From the NCBI GenBank assembly GCA_965246715.1, contig CBDFFH010000027.1, positions 32,001-96,000 on the forward strand: DNA of 64,000 nucleotides, in the 5' to 3' direction. A program made the position numbers and the translations under genes. Under the pieces are notes generated by a model. The model saw only the letters and a list, made by a program, of their open reading frames with translations, made no database searches and was not told the DNA's origin. Every line of letters starts with the position of its first letter. Within the stretch, counting starts at the first letter, position 1. Positions 21,515 through 31,194 of this stretch are shown here, one piece after another. Source of the stretch: Chamaesiphon sp. (GTDB lineage: Bacteria > Cyanobacteriota > Cyanobacteriia > Cyanobacteriales > Chamaesiphonaceae).

Positions 21515-21838
21515 CTATTCTTCCAGTTTTACATAAACCTCTGTTGGGTGAGCTGTGGCAAAGGAGATGTCCCATTCCCGAAAGCCTAAACTTCGATATA
21601 ACCCAGCAGCTACTTCATTTTCTTTGCGATAACTGGTGGCGATGATTTCCACATCAGGACACAACTTGAGACGGCGAATTATCTCAGTCATAGTGGCTCG
21701 TCCATAGCCTTGCCGCTGATACTGACAATCGATCGTCAACCGCATGATGAATCCGACTCTCGCAACAATCTCATACATCAAAAAGCCAATTACAGGCACT
21801 TGAGGCTGTTCGTAGCCACATGCCGCCGCATCATAAAT
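21515..21838 (-). pseudogene. 5'-truncated GNAT acetyltransferase
   Basis: QRQGYG motif; frame continues upstream (IYDAAACGYEQPQVP) with no ATG. Confidence 0.65.
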
Positions 21839-21995
21839 CGTCCTAGCTAATTCCTGAAGATCGGGATATCCTGAAAACCTTTGTGGAGAAACACTTTTGG
21901 AGATCGATCGTAGAACGGAGTGTCGATCGAGGCGCAGTCACTTTCGATATTTCAAGAGTTTCGGATGTTCCATGCGAAATGGTAAATGATTCCGG

Positions 21996-22198
21996 CTAAT
22001 CCAAAGGACTTCTGACTCCTTCACCACCACAATTGAGAACGTCAGTATAAATCATCGTAGTTTTCACGTCTCTATGCCCCAACAATACATAACGAACAAT
22101 CCATTGCATGTAGGTTTCTTTTATGTGGTAGGAGTAATGCTTGAGGCGAAAATTGCATCTCTAACTTGCTTTAGCAGCCTCTTAGGGGGATTTTGCAT
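21996..22198 (-). pseudogene. intI: Integron integrase remnant (frameshift plus large internal deletion)
   Basis: [16 protein letters not shown]/(+2 nt)/[22 protein letters not shown] joined to [28 protein letters not shown], i.e. IntI N- and C-terminal signatures. Confidence 0.88.
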
Positions 22199-22246
22199 AA
22201 TGTTACAATAATTTGAAAAATTTAGCAGATCCACCTTAAATAGGAT

Positions 22247-22356
22247 GATAGGTGAAAAGTTTCTGCTTTTGCATAGGGAATATGCTGAATTTTCCAGTCT
22301 ATCTACCCGAATTTGGATGGATAGGTGGAAAGTTTCCGCCTAATAATAGTTATCCG
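22247..22356 (+). other. attI-like recombination site
   Basis: CCGCCTAATAATA-GTTATCC (GTT at 22349) upstream of the divergent intI; 20-bp direct repeats 22247-22266 and 22320-22339 (18/20). Confidence 0.7.
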
Positions 22357-22390
22357 TATCGACACGCCTAGTTAAAGGAGCAAGCTTTTA

Positions 22391-23080
22391 ATGCGGATGC
22401 AGACACTGCAAGATGGGGCTGAGTCATTCATCGTCTCGGTGTACGAAGCCGCAGAAAGTTCCCCCATAGTGCTTTTCGCAGTGGGAGCAGGTGGTCAGCC
22501 GAAACGTCACTCTACGCTTTTGAACGCCTTGGCTGAATCCGGTTGCACGGTTGTTGCACCGCATTTCGAGCGACTTGCTTCGCCAATTCCTACGGAAGCG
22601 GACTTAACTCTCCGGGCAAGGCGCTTGTCCCTCACACTCGACGCGTTCGTTCAACCTAGCGCAACAGCGGCAGGTGTGGGGCATTCTATTGGTGCAGCTA
22701 CCCTTGTTGCTCTAACGGGAGCACAAATGTGGTTAGGGACTGGTCTGCGCGTCGATATCACACCGGATAGCCGATTAACTCGCCTCGCCTTGTTGGCGAC
22801 ACCTACCGGGTTCTTCCAAGCTCCGGGAGCACTTGATGCGGTGCGGGTTCCAATTCTGGCATGGGTGGGTTCCAAGGATGGCATCACGCCTCCCTCCCAA
22901 ACTGAATGGTTGGCTCATGCCGTGCGCGATTGGCAAACAGTGGATGTTCGCGTCACTGATGGTGCTGACCATTTCTCGTTCATGGATCTACCGCCGCCGC
23001 AAACTACGGAGCCGTTGCCAAATAAGCAGGCATTTCTTCGGGAGCATTCAAGTGAAGTTTGCAAGTTCGTGGTTGGCTGA
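22391..23080 (+). CDS. Integron cassette gene: alpha/beta hydrolase
   Basis: GHSIG, GSKD, DHFSF; AAAGGAG RBS; lies between attI and attC. Confidence 0.85.
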   Translation: MRMQTLQDGAESFIVSVYEAAESSPIVLFAVGAGGQPKRHSTLLNALAESGCTVVAPHFERLASPIPTEADLTLRARRLSLTLDAFVQPSATAAGVGHSIGAATLVALTGAQMWLGTGLRVDITPDSRLTRLALLATPTGFFQAPGALDAVRVPILAWVGSKDGITPPSQTEWLAHAVRDWQTVDVRVTDGADHFSFMDLPPPQTTEPLPNKQAFLREHSSEVCKFVVG

Positions 23081-23120
23081 GGAGCACTATCGGTGGCCAA
23101 CAACATGCGACGAGTGATAC

Positions 23121-23207
23121 GGATAACAATCCCAATGCACCGGAACAATGTCAAGCGATCGGTGAACTGCAAAGGATATCTATGTCCGGTGGCTGGAACT
23201 GTTAGGC
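23121..23207 (+). other. attC site (87 bp)
   Basis: GGATAAC..AATGCACCGGA..TCCGGTGGCTGG..GTTAGGC; GATACGGATAAC (23116-23127) is the exact reverse complement of the cassette start GTTATCCGTATC (22349-22360). Confidence 0.85.
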
Positions 23208-23407
23208 TGCTGTTGATGCGATCGCACCCGATCGGTTCAAAACTTGAGGCAATCGGGTATCTAGATTTAATTGATGACACGCTCTAGATTGACCTGAATG
23301 GATCGAGCAATCCGATCGCGATCGTTTGATGCCAGATGGAGCCACCAGCTAGACAATCTTAATCTAACTGCCAGGTGAGAACTACTTGAATTTTTAAGCT
23401 ACTTCCG

Positions 23408-23926
23408 CTACACCTTGACTGCTTGCGCTATCCGCTTCATATAGATTGCCTTGCTATCCCCATCCGCATAGAAGTTTGGGATGAAACCAACCTCTTTATA
23501 TCCATACTTGCCGTAAAACGCGCGAGTCGCGTCGTACTTCGGTAGGGAACTCGTTTCGATAATTAACAATTGACCGCCGCCCGCACAGGCATGTGCCTCT
23601 ACGAACCGCAGCAGTTCGCCACCGATGCCCTGTCCCTGGCGTTCTGGTGCGACGGCAATCATCCACAGATCCCATGTGCGGTTGGACATAGCGTTCGGGT
23701 CGAAATATACTACCCCAATCGGCAAGCCACTAGGGTCGTCCGACCAAATCTCGACCCGATGGTCGGCAGGACAGTTATCCAATACTTCCTGGAGGAAATC
23801 GACCTCAGTAGGCAGAAACATTCCCGCTGCGATCGCCAGGGCGATTAGATCGGGCGTGTCGGACGGGATAGCGGGGCGAATTGTGGACGGAACTTCGGCA
23901 ACAGAGAGGTTTGGAAGTGTAGTCAT
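23408..23926 (-). CDS. GNAT acetyltransferase
   Basis: AVAPERQGQGIG, AFYGKYGY. Confidence 0.9.
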   Translation of the reverse strand: MTTLPNLSVAEVPSTIRPAIPSDTPDLIALAIAAGMFLPTEVDFLQEVLDNCPADHRVEIWSDDPSGLPIGVVYFDPNAMSNRTWDLWMIAVAPERQGQGIGGELLRFVEAHACAGGGQLLIIETSSLPKYDATRAFYGKYGYKEVGFIPNFYADGDSKAIYMKRIAQAVKV

Positions 23927-24026
23927 AGTGTTATGTCACCCTAGATTTATACTAACTAGTCTGGGTATCACCTATCTAGCACTGCAACTGTCAAGCAGTC
24001 CCTCAGCTCTTTGTTGCTAATTTGGC

Positions 24027-24884
24027 TCAGGCTGTAGCATTAACTAACCAGGCTGAGGCTGGCATTTGGACTCCATCTTCGGTATGGTAGGTCTTTAGGC
24101 GATCGGACAGTTCCGAATCAATAGCAGTCCTGACGGCATCGGGTAAATCTGGTGGCAATTGGGCAACACCCAATGCTGCGAGCAGAAATTTAGCGGCTGA
24201 TTCAGGGTTAGCACCCGCACCACCGACCGCCAAGTCGTGCTGCCAAGGTGAAATATCGATATCCTGAAAGCCAGCCGTGTGAAGGATTTCCTCTACATAG
24301 CTCGGCTCGGCAAAAGCAAACGGACCTGGAGCGCGAGGGACAGGTGTGGGCAAAGGCACACGAGCGGCGATAACCTTCACGACTTCAAACATCCAGGGAT
24401 TCTGTGGCAGGGAGTTCCAGCAAACCATAGACAGCCTGCCACTCGGCTTTAAGAAATCGTGGATATGAGTAAAGGCTGCATGGGGATTGCTAAAAAACAT
24501 GATGCCGAAGCGGGAGACAATACAATCCGCTTGCTCAGTAGCTAGCGGAGTCACCGCCGCATCGCCAAGCACGAACTGTACGTTCTCAATTCCTAATGTT
24601 GCTGCCCGTTTTGTTGCTTCAGCCACCAGCACTGGTGAGATGTCCAACCCTGTCACTGCACCTGCTGCGCCAACCTGTTGGGCGATTGCGATACTAGTCG
24701 CACCAGCCCCGCAGCCGATATCGATAATCTGCTCGCCTGAGCGACATCCAGCCCGTTCGATGAGGGCATCGCCGATGGGTTTAATCATCCCTTCAAAGCG
24801 ATCGACATTGGCAAGCCAGCGGTCGCCGTTTTGCCCCGCCCATAAGGTTTCTTGAGTTGGTTGCTCTTTAATTGTTTCAGTCAT
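24027..24884 (-). CDS. Class I SAM methyltransferase
   Basis: IDIGCGAG, SRFGIMFF, PGPFAFA. Confidence 0.9.
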   Translation of the reverse strand: MTETIKEQPTQETLWAGQNGDRWLANVDRFEGMIKPIGDALIERAGCRSGEQIIDIGCGAGATSIAIAQQVGAAGAVTGLDISPVLVAEATKRAATLGIENVQFVLGDAAVTPLATEQADCIVSRFGIMFFSNPHAAFTHIHDFLKPSGRLSMVCWNSLPQNPWMFEVVKVIAARVPLPTPVPRAPGPFAFAEPSYVEEILHTAGFQDIDISPWQHDLAVGGAGANPESAAKFLLAALGVAQLPPDLPDAVRTAIDSELSDRLKTYHTEDGVQMPASAWLVNATA

Positions 24885-24892
24885 ATTTATAA

Positions 24893-24993
24893 CCTACATT
24901 TCGCACTTCGATTTTTGCTCGAAAGGTAATCTAATAATATTCGTCATTTCGGCGACCGCAATAAATGTAAATACTTACGAGATCGAGCGATCG
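24893..24993. mobile_element. Partial copy of the 120-274 MITE
   Basis: CCTACATTTCGCACTTCGATTT... aligns with the reverse complement of about 175-274. Confidence 0.65.
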
Positions 24994-25023
24994 ATTTGAG
25001 GGAGTAAAATATTAGAGGTTCTA

Positions 25024-26112
25024 CTAGCTGTCCTTTTTATCATACTCGATCGATTCAGCGCGGCGATCGAGAAAATGTGCTTGATAATATCGACAAAATT
25101 CGATCGTCGGCGCATCTGAAGGCACTAAAACCTCAACCCCTAAAGGTGGAACTTCAGCAGGCGAAGCTGTCTCCATAATCCGGCGATCTTCGCCCAAGAT
25201 AATTGGAGTAAGTAAGTTAAATAAAGATAGAATTGGATTGAAGTGTCCAAAATTGCGCCGACTCACTACTATCATTCGCGCTCGATTTTCAGCGATCGGT
25301 ACGCACCAGATATGCAGCAATGAACGTTTAGATTCAGAATCAGTCGGAATGCCTAAAGTTAGTCCATTTGGCGGCAAAAATTCTAACCATCCTTTATCTA
25401 AAGATTCAGTATTTTTATCGGCTTTAATTAACCAATCGAGACGGAAAGCACCATCTACCCCCTTGGTAATTGTTGTCTCTAGATGAGGATTTTGTGATTT
25501 GCCTAATGCTCTCCCGTATGCCGCTCCAATCGTGCGCGGATGCACGTAGGGAATATGTGCCACATCCAGCATCGTTTGAGTCGCTCGACTCCAATGTGTA
25601 TCCCATTCCCGCTCGGTAATATTACCAAACCACCCAGCCGCTGCAAGGGAATCTGGGATATTTAGCAGTGGGATCTCGCTCGTCGTGTCCGTGCTAGTGT
25701 AAACCCACAGTAAACCACCAACTTCTTGACAGGGTAGAGCTGAAGCTTTTACGGCATCTAGGTTGGGCGCATCATTGAGCGCGATAAGAGTGCAATTTCC
25801 TTGCCCATCGTATTGCCAGCCATGAAATGGACATTGGATGCAACCGTCACTAGTTATGCTTCCACCAGATAGTTTGACACTACGGTGGGGACATCGATCG
25901 ATTAAAGCACTAACATTACCATTAGCGTCACGAAAAAACACTAGCGGAATGCTATCTAACTCGATCGCTAAAATCCCTTTTTGATCGAGTGCTTTAACGT
26001 TCGTAACCGGAGTCCACTGTGCGGGCAAACTGGGGAATCTTACCTGTCGGCTAGGGTGCATATATATTTGGGCTGATTTAATTGACTTGGATAACTCCAG
26101 AGCTGCCCTCAT
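25024..26112 (-). CDS. Rieske non-heme iron oxygenase subunit (VanA-like)
   Basis: CPHR..CPFHGW, DVAHIPYVH. Confidence 0.9.
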   Translation of the reverse strand: MRAALELSKSIKSAQIYMHPSRQVRFPSLPAQWTPVTNVKALDQKGILAIELDSIPLVFFRDANGNVSALIDRCPHRSVKLSGGSITSDGCIQCPFHGWQYDGQGNCTLIALNDAPNLDAVKASALPCQEVGGLLWVYTSTDTTSEIPLLNIPDSLAAAGWFGNITEREWDTHWSRATQTMLDVAHIPYVHPRTIGAAYGRALGKSQNPHLETTITKGVDGAFRLDWLIKADKNTESLDKGWLEFLPPNGLTLGIPTDSESKRSLLHIWCVPIAENRARMIVVSRRNFGHFNPILSLFNLLTPIILGEDRRIMETASPAEVPPLGVEVLVPSDAPTIEFCRYYQAHFLDRRAESIEYDKKDS

Positions 26113-26146
26113 AGAATACCGACTTTATTGAGTTCTGTCTTGTCAA

Positions 26147-27010
26147 TTATTGAAAAATTTGTCGAGATCTTGACCGATCGCGATATATTCCTGGTGGAAT
26201 ACCGACATGGCGATGAAATACTTTAGTAAAGTGACTTTGGCTGTCAAAGCCAACAACGTGACAAATTTCGACAATCGATCGATCTCCATCGATTAGTAGT
26301 TGTTTAGCTTGTTCGATTCGGCAATTAGTTACATATCGGTGTAGGGTATTGCCAGTGGATCGTTTGAACGAGCGAATTAGGTAGAACTTATTCATTTTAA
26401 CAATAGTTGCTAATTCATCCAGACTCAGATCTCGATCGAGGTGATTATTAATATAATTAGTCAAAATTTCTAACCGCTCTCGATCCAATTTCCCAATTGA
26501 GTTTTGAGCGATCGAGGTTGATGTTGTATGATGCCTGAGTAATTGTAGAATCAAAGTTGCTATCAGAGATTCAATGTAGAGTTTTTCTCTAACATGATGA
26601 CTTATTAATTCCTGCTTTATTGTTAACCCGATGGCATTAATTAGCGGATCTTGACGCTTGTAGTGTGGGACGATTTCGATGAGATCGCGATCGCTCAGAC
26701 CGAGCATCATCTGACGAACATAATTGGCATCGAGATCGATAAGTAGAAATTCAATCGATCGATCCCAAACTACACGGCGACTCATCCCCATCGGCAAGAA
26801 GGTAAACTCGCCTGGATGCAGTTGATTTGTTTGATAGCATCCGTTATACCACTGTTCGACATGAAAATTGTTGCCAAGATTGAGCATGATTCGGTGTTTG
26901 GCAAGCAATGATTCTGGCAGCTCACTCGCAGCTTGTTGGCAATAGTCGATGGTCAGATGTTCGAGTTGCTCGGTGCCCAAACATAGACGAGACGGAATAA
27001 TTGAATTCAC
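26147..27010 (-). CDS. AraC family regulator
   Basis: LSLDELA, GFDSQSHFT. Confidence 0.9.
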   Translation of the reverse strand: MNSIIPSRLCLGTEQLEHLTIDYCQQAASELPESLLAKHRIMLNLGNNFHVEQWYNGCYQTNQLHPGEFTFLPMGMSRRVVWDRSIEFLLIDLDANYVRQMMLGLSDRDLIEIVPHYKRQDPLINAIGLTIKQELISHHVREKLYIESLIATLILQLLRHHTTSTSIAQNSIGKLDRERLEILTNYINNHLDRDLSLDELATIVKMNKFYLIRSFKRSTGNTLHRYVTNCRIEQAKQLLIDGDRSIVEICHVVGFDSQSHFTKVFHRHVGIPPGIYRDRSRSRQIFQ

Positions 27011-27233
27011 TTGCTTGGTTTTAACAATCTTAATGTTGATGAGAGGATAGAGTTGTGGCGATGATTATCTGCCCAGCATAAAGGTCTGCTCTAACTATAA
27101 CAAGACCGATCGATTTAGATAAAGCTTGGTTTTTCCATGATGAGCAGGTGGCTGTTTGTGGCGATCGAATGGCTAGATGCGATCGCCAACATTTATCTGG
27201 TGATGCAGAAAGACGATCGATCTGGGCACGTTG

Positions 27234-27830
27234 TCAGATGATGTTAACAGGCGAGCGCGATGAAATATCTTGCCCTAAATTTAGACGATCTGCTCGGACA
27301 AAGCAGCAATCGCCCGGATCGTAGGATTGAAGTTGCGGGCGATCGCTGCTGTCTACTTCCTCATACCCAAGCCGCCTCAACAGCCGAATACTCCTGTGGT
27401 TCGCTGGATGTACTGTCGCCCACCATTGGGTTCCTGGCAACGCTGCATCGAGGTAATCGTGCCACCAGCACATTGCTTCAAAAGCCAATCCCTTTCCCCA
27501 CCAATCTCGACCAAATAAATACGCTAGTTCGCCCCACTCGCCGTACCACGTCGCCTCCAGACGACCGATCGCCACAGCTTCAGGAGCTGGCAACCGCACC
27601 ACCATATTAAACCATCGCTCGTTGGCGTGTAGCCTACCGGAGATAATCGGCATTGTGGAATTCACTGGAGCGCGAGATCGGGCGGCATAATTCATCCTCA
27701 TTTCTTCGATTGTGGGTGGGTTTCCCGTCGCATCGATAAAGGCGAGAACAGCAGGATCGTTGAGAATGGCGAACAGCTCGTCGGCATGGGCAGCAGTCAG
27801 AGGCTCGAACCGGAGATTTTTACTCTGCAT
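27234..27830 (-). CDS. RimJ/RimL-type GNAT
   Basis: WWGKGLA, NHRSIRLLRRLGY; carries an 8-aa insertion. Confidence 0.85.
   Translation of the reverse strand: MQSKNLRFEPLTAAHADELFAILNDPAVLAFIDATGNPPTIEEMRMNYAARSRAPVNSTMPIISGRLHANERWFNMVVRLPAPEAVAIGRLEATWYGEWGELAYLFGRDWWGKGLAFEAMCWWHDYLDAALPGTQWWATVHPANHRSIRLLRRLGYEEVDSSDRPQLQSYDPGDCCFVRADRLNLGQDISSRSPVNII
27622..27645 (+). mobile_element. 24-nt small dispersed repeat in CG^ATCG
   Basis: CG[TTGGCGTGTAGCCTACCGGAGATA]ATCG; removal restores TCGATCGG (MPIERW on the minus strand). Confidence 0.7.
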
Positions 27831-28008
27831 TGGGGTGATCCTCTTTTCCTTTTGCTAGCTAGTTAACGGTCGATTATTGCGATCGATGTGGGTACTTCCG
27901 AACAATTTCGCACTTCATCATTCGATCGCGGCAAGTTATCAGGCGATGTCAATGCGAGATCGATCTTAATGAAATGTCCTTCGCTAAATTGCTTGGCGCA
28001 AATATTTA

Positions 28009-28326
28009 CTACTTAAGTTCCCAGTCCAACAGATTTTCCCCTGAGACGATCGATCCTGCTTGACTAGGTAACGGTTGAATCCCCTGCTGACAAACTGAGG
28101 TCAAAAATGTGATGAAATCGCTCAAACGAATAAATTGAGGCTGGGTTTCTAAAAATTCTTCGGTTACTAACATCGGTGGTAGCTTTATCCCGTTGGCACA
28201 ATAGATGACGGGTTTGTCTGGATCTAACCGCATCATGCAATAAATCGTCCGATCGTCATCAGTCAAGATCGCAAACGGTAGTAAATCGACTGGGCATCTG
28301 CCCAATTTGAGATGGCGATCGCTCAC
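28009..28326 (-). CDS. Hypothetical protein
   Basis: 105-aa ORF, no recognised motif. Confidence 0.35.
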   Translation of the reverse strand: MSDRHLKLGRCPVDLLPFAILTDDDRTIYCMMRLDPDKPVIYCANGIKLPPMLVTEEFLETQPQFIRLSDFITFLTSVCQQGIQPLPSQAGSIVSGENLLDWELK

Positions 28327-28429
28327 AGCTATAAAATCTAGACGATAGCGTCACTCGATCTGTGACGACAAGTTGTTGGCGATATAAATATCCGATCGCC
28401 ATGAAATGTTCTGCCAACTATCTCTTAAA

Positions 28430-29008
28430 TTATGGAGCTAAACCTTGCCACAATGCCTCGATCGCATCGGAAATCGCGCATTCTAGATCGATCGACTGAT
28501 GAGCACCAATACTTTCAGATAACGCGAGGTTGTGTAAGTGTGAAAGGAGAATTGCTGCTGTCGCCGCAACATTACTCCCTTGGATTCGCCCCAATTCTAC
28601 CTCAGCATTGAGATATTCAGTAAGTCGATCGATAATTTGCATTCCAGGTAGCATATGACGTTGCAAAAATGTGGGCAGATCGAAGGCTGGATGAGCGATT
28701 AAGGATAGAAAGATGGGCATTACCTCACAGAAGTAACCCACGATCTGTAAACCGATCGCTTTAAGGTTGGCAATTACCTCTTTTTCTCCAGGTTGAATGC
28801 CAAATATGGCATCAAGTTCGGCTGCTGGCGGCACCATTGCGGCAAAGAAGATCTCTTCTTTGGTGCTAAATCGCTGGAAGATTACAGCTTCAGAGATACC
28901 CACCATCTTAGCCAGCATTCTAGTCGAAGCTTTCGCGCCTTCCTGGAGAAAGAGAGATCGCGCTACTGCGAGAATTTCTTCATCTGTAATAGTTTTCTTG
29001 CGGGGCAT
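28430..29008 (-). CDS. TetR family regulator
   Basis: ARSLF..GISEAVIFQRFSTKEE. Confidence 0.9.
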   Translation of the reverse strand: MPRKKTITDEEILAVARSLFLQEGAKASTRMLAKMVGISEAVIFQRFSTKEEIFFAAMVPPAAELDAIFGIQPGEKEVIANLKAIGLQIVGYFCEVMPIFLSLIAHPAFDLPTFLQRHMLPGMQIIDRLTEYLNAEVELGRIQGSNVAATAAILLSHLHNLALSESIGAHQSIDLECAISDAIEALWQGLAP

Positions 29009-29047
29009 TAAATTTGCAGTTAGGTGAAGGCTCTGGGCGTGAGGTTG

Positions 29048-29497
29048 TCATCGCAACATAATCCCATGTTCGCGGCGGATTTGGGCGATCGACTGTTCCT
29101 TGAGCTTTGCCAGTTCTGCTACAGCCACTCTTTTTTTCATGCGTAAGCTTTTGAATACGATCGCCACGATGTGCGGCAGACACGTCAACCAGATACCCAT
29201 CAACTTGAAATGTCCGATCCCAGCCAAAACACTGCGATGCTCTTGGCTGGCAACAGCGCGGTGCATCTGGCTGATGTCTGCGGTTGTGGCTAGGAGCATC
29301 CAGATGTGTGCGGCGATTTCATCTCGAACGGAAGTGCCCAGATCGAACAAGATATGTACTGCGTCGTGCTGCTCTAGGGCTTGCTTTATTTCAACGGATA
29401 TTTTAGCGGACATGTCGCCTTCAGACTCCGATTCGCGCAATTTTTGAATTGCCTCTCCCAGGGTCATTGAAATTTCAGCACCGAGTTGTTCGTTCAT
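29048..29497 (-). CDS. Hypothetical protein with HDxxH motif (Coq4-like)
   Basis: HDAVHILF..DE; likely start MNEQ. Confidence 0.5.
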   Translation of the reverse strand: MNEQLGAEISMTLGEAIQKLRESESEGDMSAKISVEIKQALEQHDAVHILFDLGTSVRDEIAAHIWMLLATTADISQMHRAVASQEHRSVLAGIGHFKLMGIWLTCLPHIVAIVFKSLRMKKRVAVAELAKLKEQSIAQIRREHGIMLR

Positions 29498-29535
29498 TGC
29501 AGATCTCCGATCTTGCGTAGCATGACAAATAACAT

Positions 29536-29614
29536 AAGCAAGCACTCGCTCACTTTCATTGATAAATAATATCTTATCGTGCGTTTTTTATATAAGCAAG
29601 TGCGTACTCATTTT
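29536..29614. promoter_or_regulatory. Two operator-like repeats
   Basis: AAGCAAGCACTCGCTCACTTT (29536) and AAGCAAGTGCGTACTCATTTT (29594), upstream of the operon containing tetR. Confidence 0.5.
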
Positions 29615-29700
29615 AGCAAAGGCGATCGTCCGCTCTCAGATTGAATCGATCGAATCGATCGGGATCGACTGCGCCCAACTGGATAGCTACATTTGTCTAT

Positions 29701-30252
29701 CTACAAGGGACGTTGCCAAGGCTCACTGTACTGTTGATAACCAACTCGCTTAAATGTAGAAATCATCGGGATATTATTGACATCTGTATCACAAAACACC
29801 CTCCACACTCCAATATCTTGTAATACCCTCGTTCCTTTAAGCAACAAATCGATCGCCAAACCCTGTCGGCGATATTGCGGCAAAACCCCGAAGTAATAAA
29901 TAGTTGCTTCTTCCAGCCCGTCTCGCTTGCTGCCTGAATAAATGACAGGGAAAACAAACCCAACGATTCGATCGTCTTTATCGACTCCAATTTGCCACCA
30001 CTCATCTCGATAAGAGAAACCATCTTTCGACTCAGCTAGAAACTGCTTGGCAGCTTGTCGAGCACCCAGTTCTGAGACTTGTTTGCGGTCTTTAGCATCA
30101 ATTGAGGACTCCATCACCTGGGCAACTACCGATATTAACACCTTATCGCTCAGAGTGTTGGCAGCTTTAAACTCTAATCGAGCGGGAACCTCGATCGATG
30201 GCTGAGGTTCTTCCCAGACAAAGGGCACTTTCCAGTAAGTTTGCTAGCTCAT
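29701..30252 (-). CDS. GNAT acetyltransferase; TAG at codon 3 (pseudogene or restart at GTG 30228)
   Basis: ATG AGC TAG CAA ACT TAC TGG AAA GTG; GVLPQYRRQGLA. Confidence 0.7.
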
Positions 30253-30405
30253 ATTAAAATTCAACATTGGCGAAATAACGATCGTATGAACCGAACGCAG
30301 ATCGACCCTTGGCGAACACCTAAAGCTGCCCGATCGAATGAATCGATCGCCTCAAGTTTGTTAGTGATGCAAACAGTCGATCGATCCATAAGATATTTTA
30401 TTAGA

Positions 30406-31188
30406 TTAGACAATCGACTTGAGTGTATCTAATCCAGAAATAAAAGTTTCCCGATCTGAATATTCAGCTCCAAAGATGGCATCCATCAAAGCGAACATCA
30501 GACCATAAAAAGAAGATCGCTCCAATAATGAGTCAACCACAGGATAAGTTGATGCAAGCTGCTCGACAAAAGGATTACCATAACTGACAACAAGCCCAGC
30601 TATATCCCAGCCAGGATCGCCCCATGCCAATGTAGCAAAATCAATGATGCCAGTGATATTCTGTTCGCCATCCCAGAGAATATTGCTCGAACCAAAGTCA
30701 CCGTGTCTCAATACACAAGGTAGGCTCGGCAATTGCTCGATATGTGATTGAATCTGCAAATACAAAGCCGCAGCAGTAGTTGAAGCTAGGCAAGGAAAAA
30801 CAAACTGCTCTGCTTTATCCAGAAAACATGTCCACCAGCTCCGATCGATAGTAGGTAGCTCGATCTCACTCAACACATGTGGCTCGATTTCGTGCAGCGA
30901 CATCAGAAAACGCCCAATTTGAGTTGCTAAAAGGTTTCTAGTCGCATCGGTAAGATTTTGTACCGATCTGAGTGGTTCGCCCAGAAGTTGGGGATGCAAT
31001 GTTACGAATTCATTACTAATCTCCACAATTTGCATGTCTGGAATTGGCAGCACCAGCAAATTGCGGAGTAGCGGCAAAACTTTGACTTCTTTACGAACTC
31101 CTGAGATCGCATCCGCATAACGAGGACGACGAACCACGACGTTGCCTAATATAACAACATCACTATTCTGGCTATCAATTAATTTCAT
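30406..31188 (-). CDS. APH-family phosphotransferase
   Basis: HGDFGSSNIL, GIIDF, GDPGWD. Confidence 0.85.
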   Translation of the reverse strand: MKLIDSQNSDVVILGNVVVRRPRYADAISGVRKEVKVLPLLRNLLVLPIPDMQIVEISNEFVTLHPQLLGEPLRSVQNLTDATRNLLATQIGRFLMSLHEIEPHVLSEIELPTIDRSWWTCFLDKAEQFVFPCLASTTAAALYLQIQSHIEQLPSLPCVLRHGDFGSSNILWDGEQNITGIIDFATLAWGDPGWDIAGLVVSYGNPFVEQLASTYPVVDSLLERSSFYGLMFALMDAIFGAEYSDRETFISGLDTLKSIV

Positions 31189-31194
31189 ATCAAA

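Noticed and set aside
23208..23400. Second integron cassette after attC
   Set aside because: No plausible ORF and no closing GCCTAAC/attC found.
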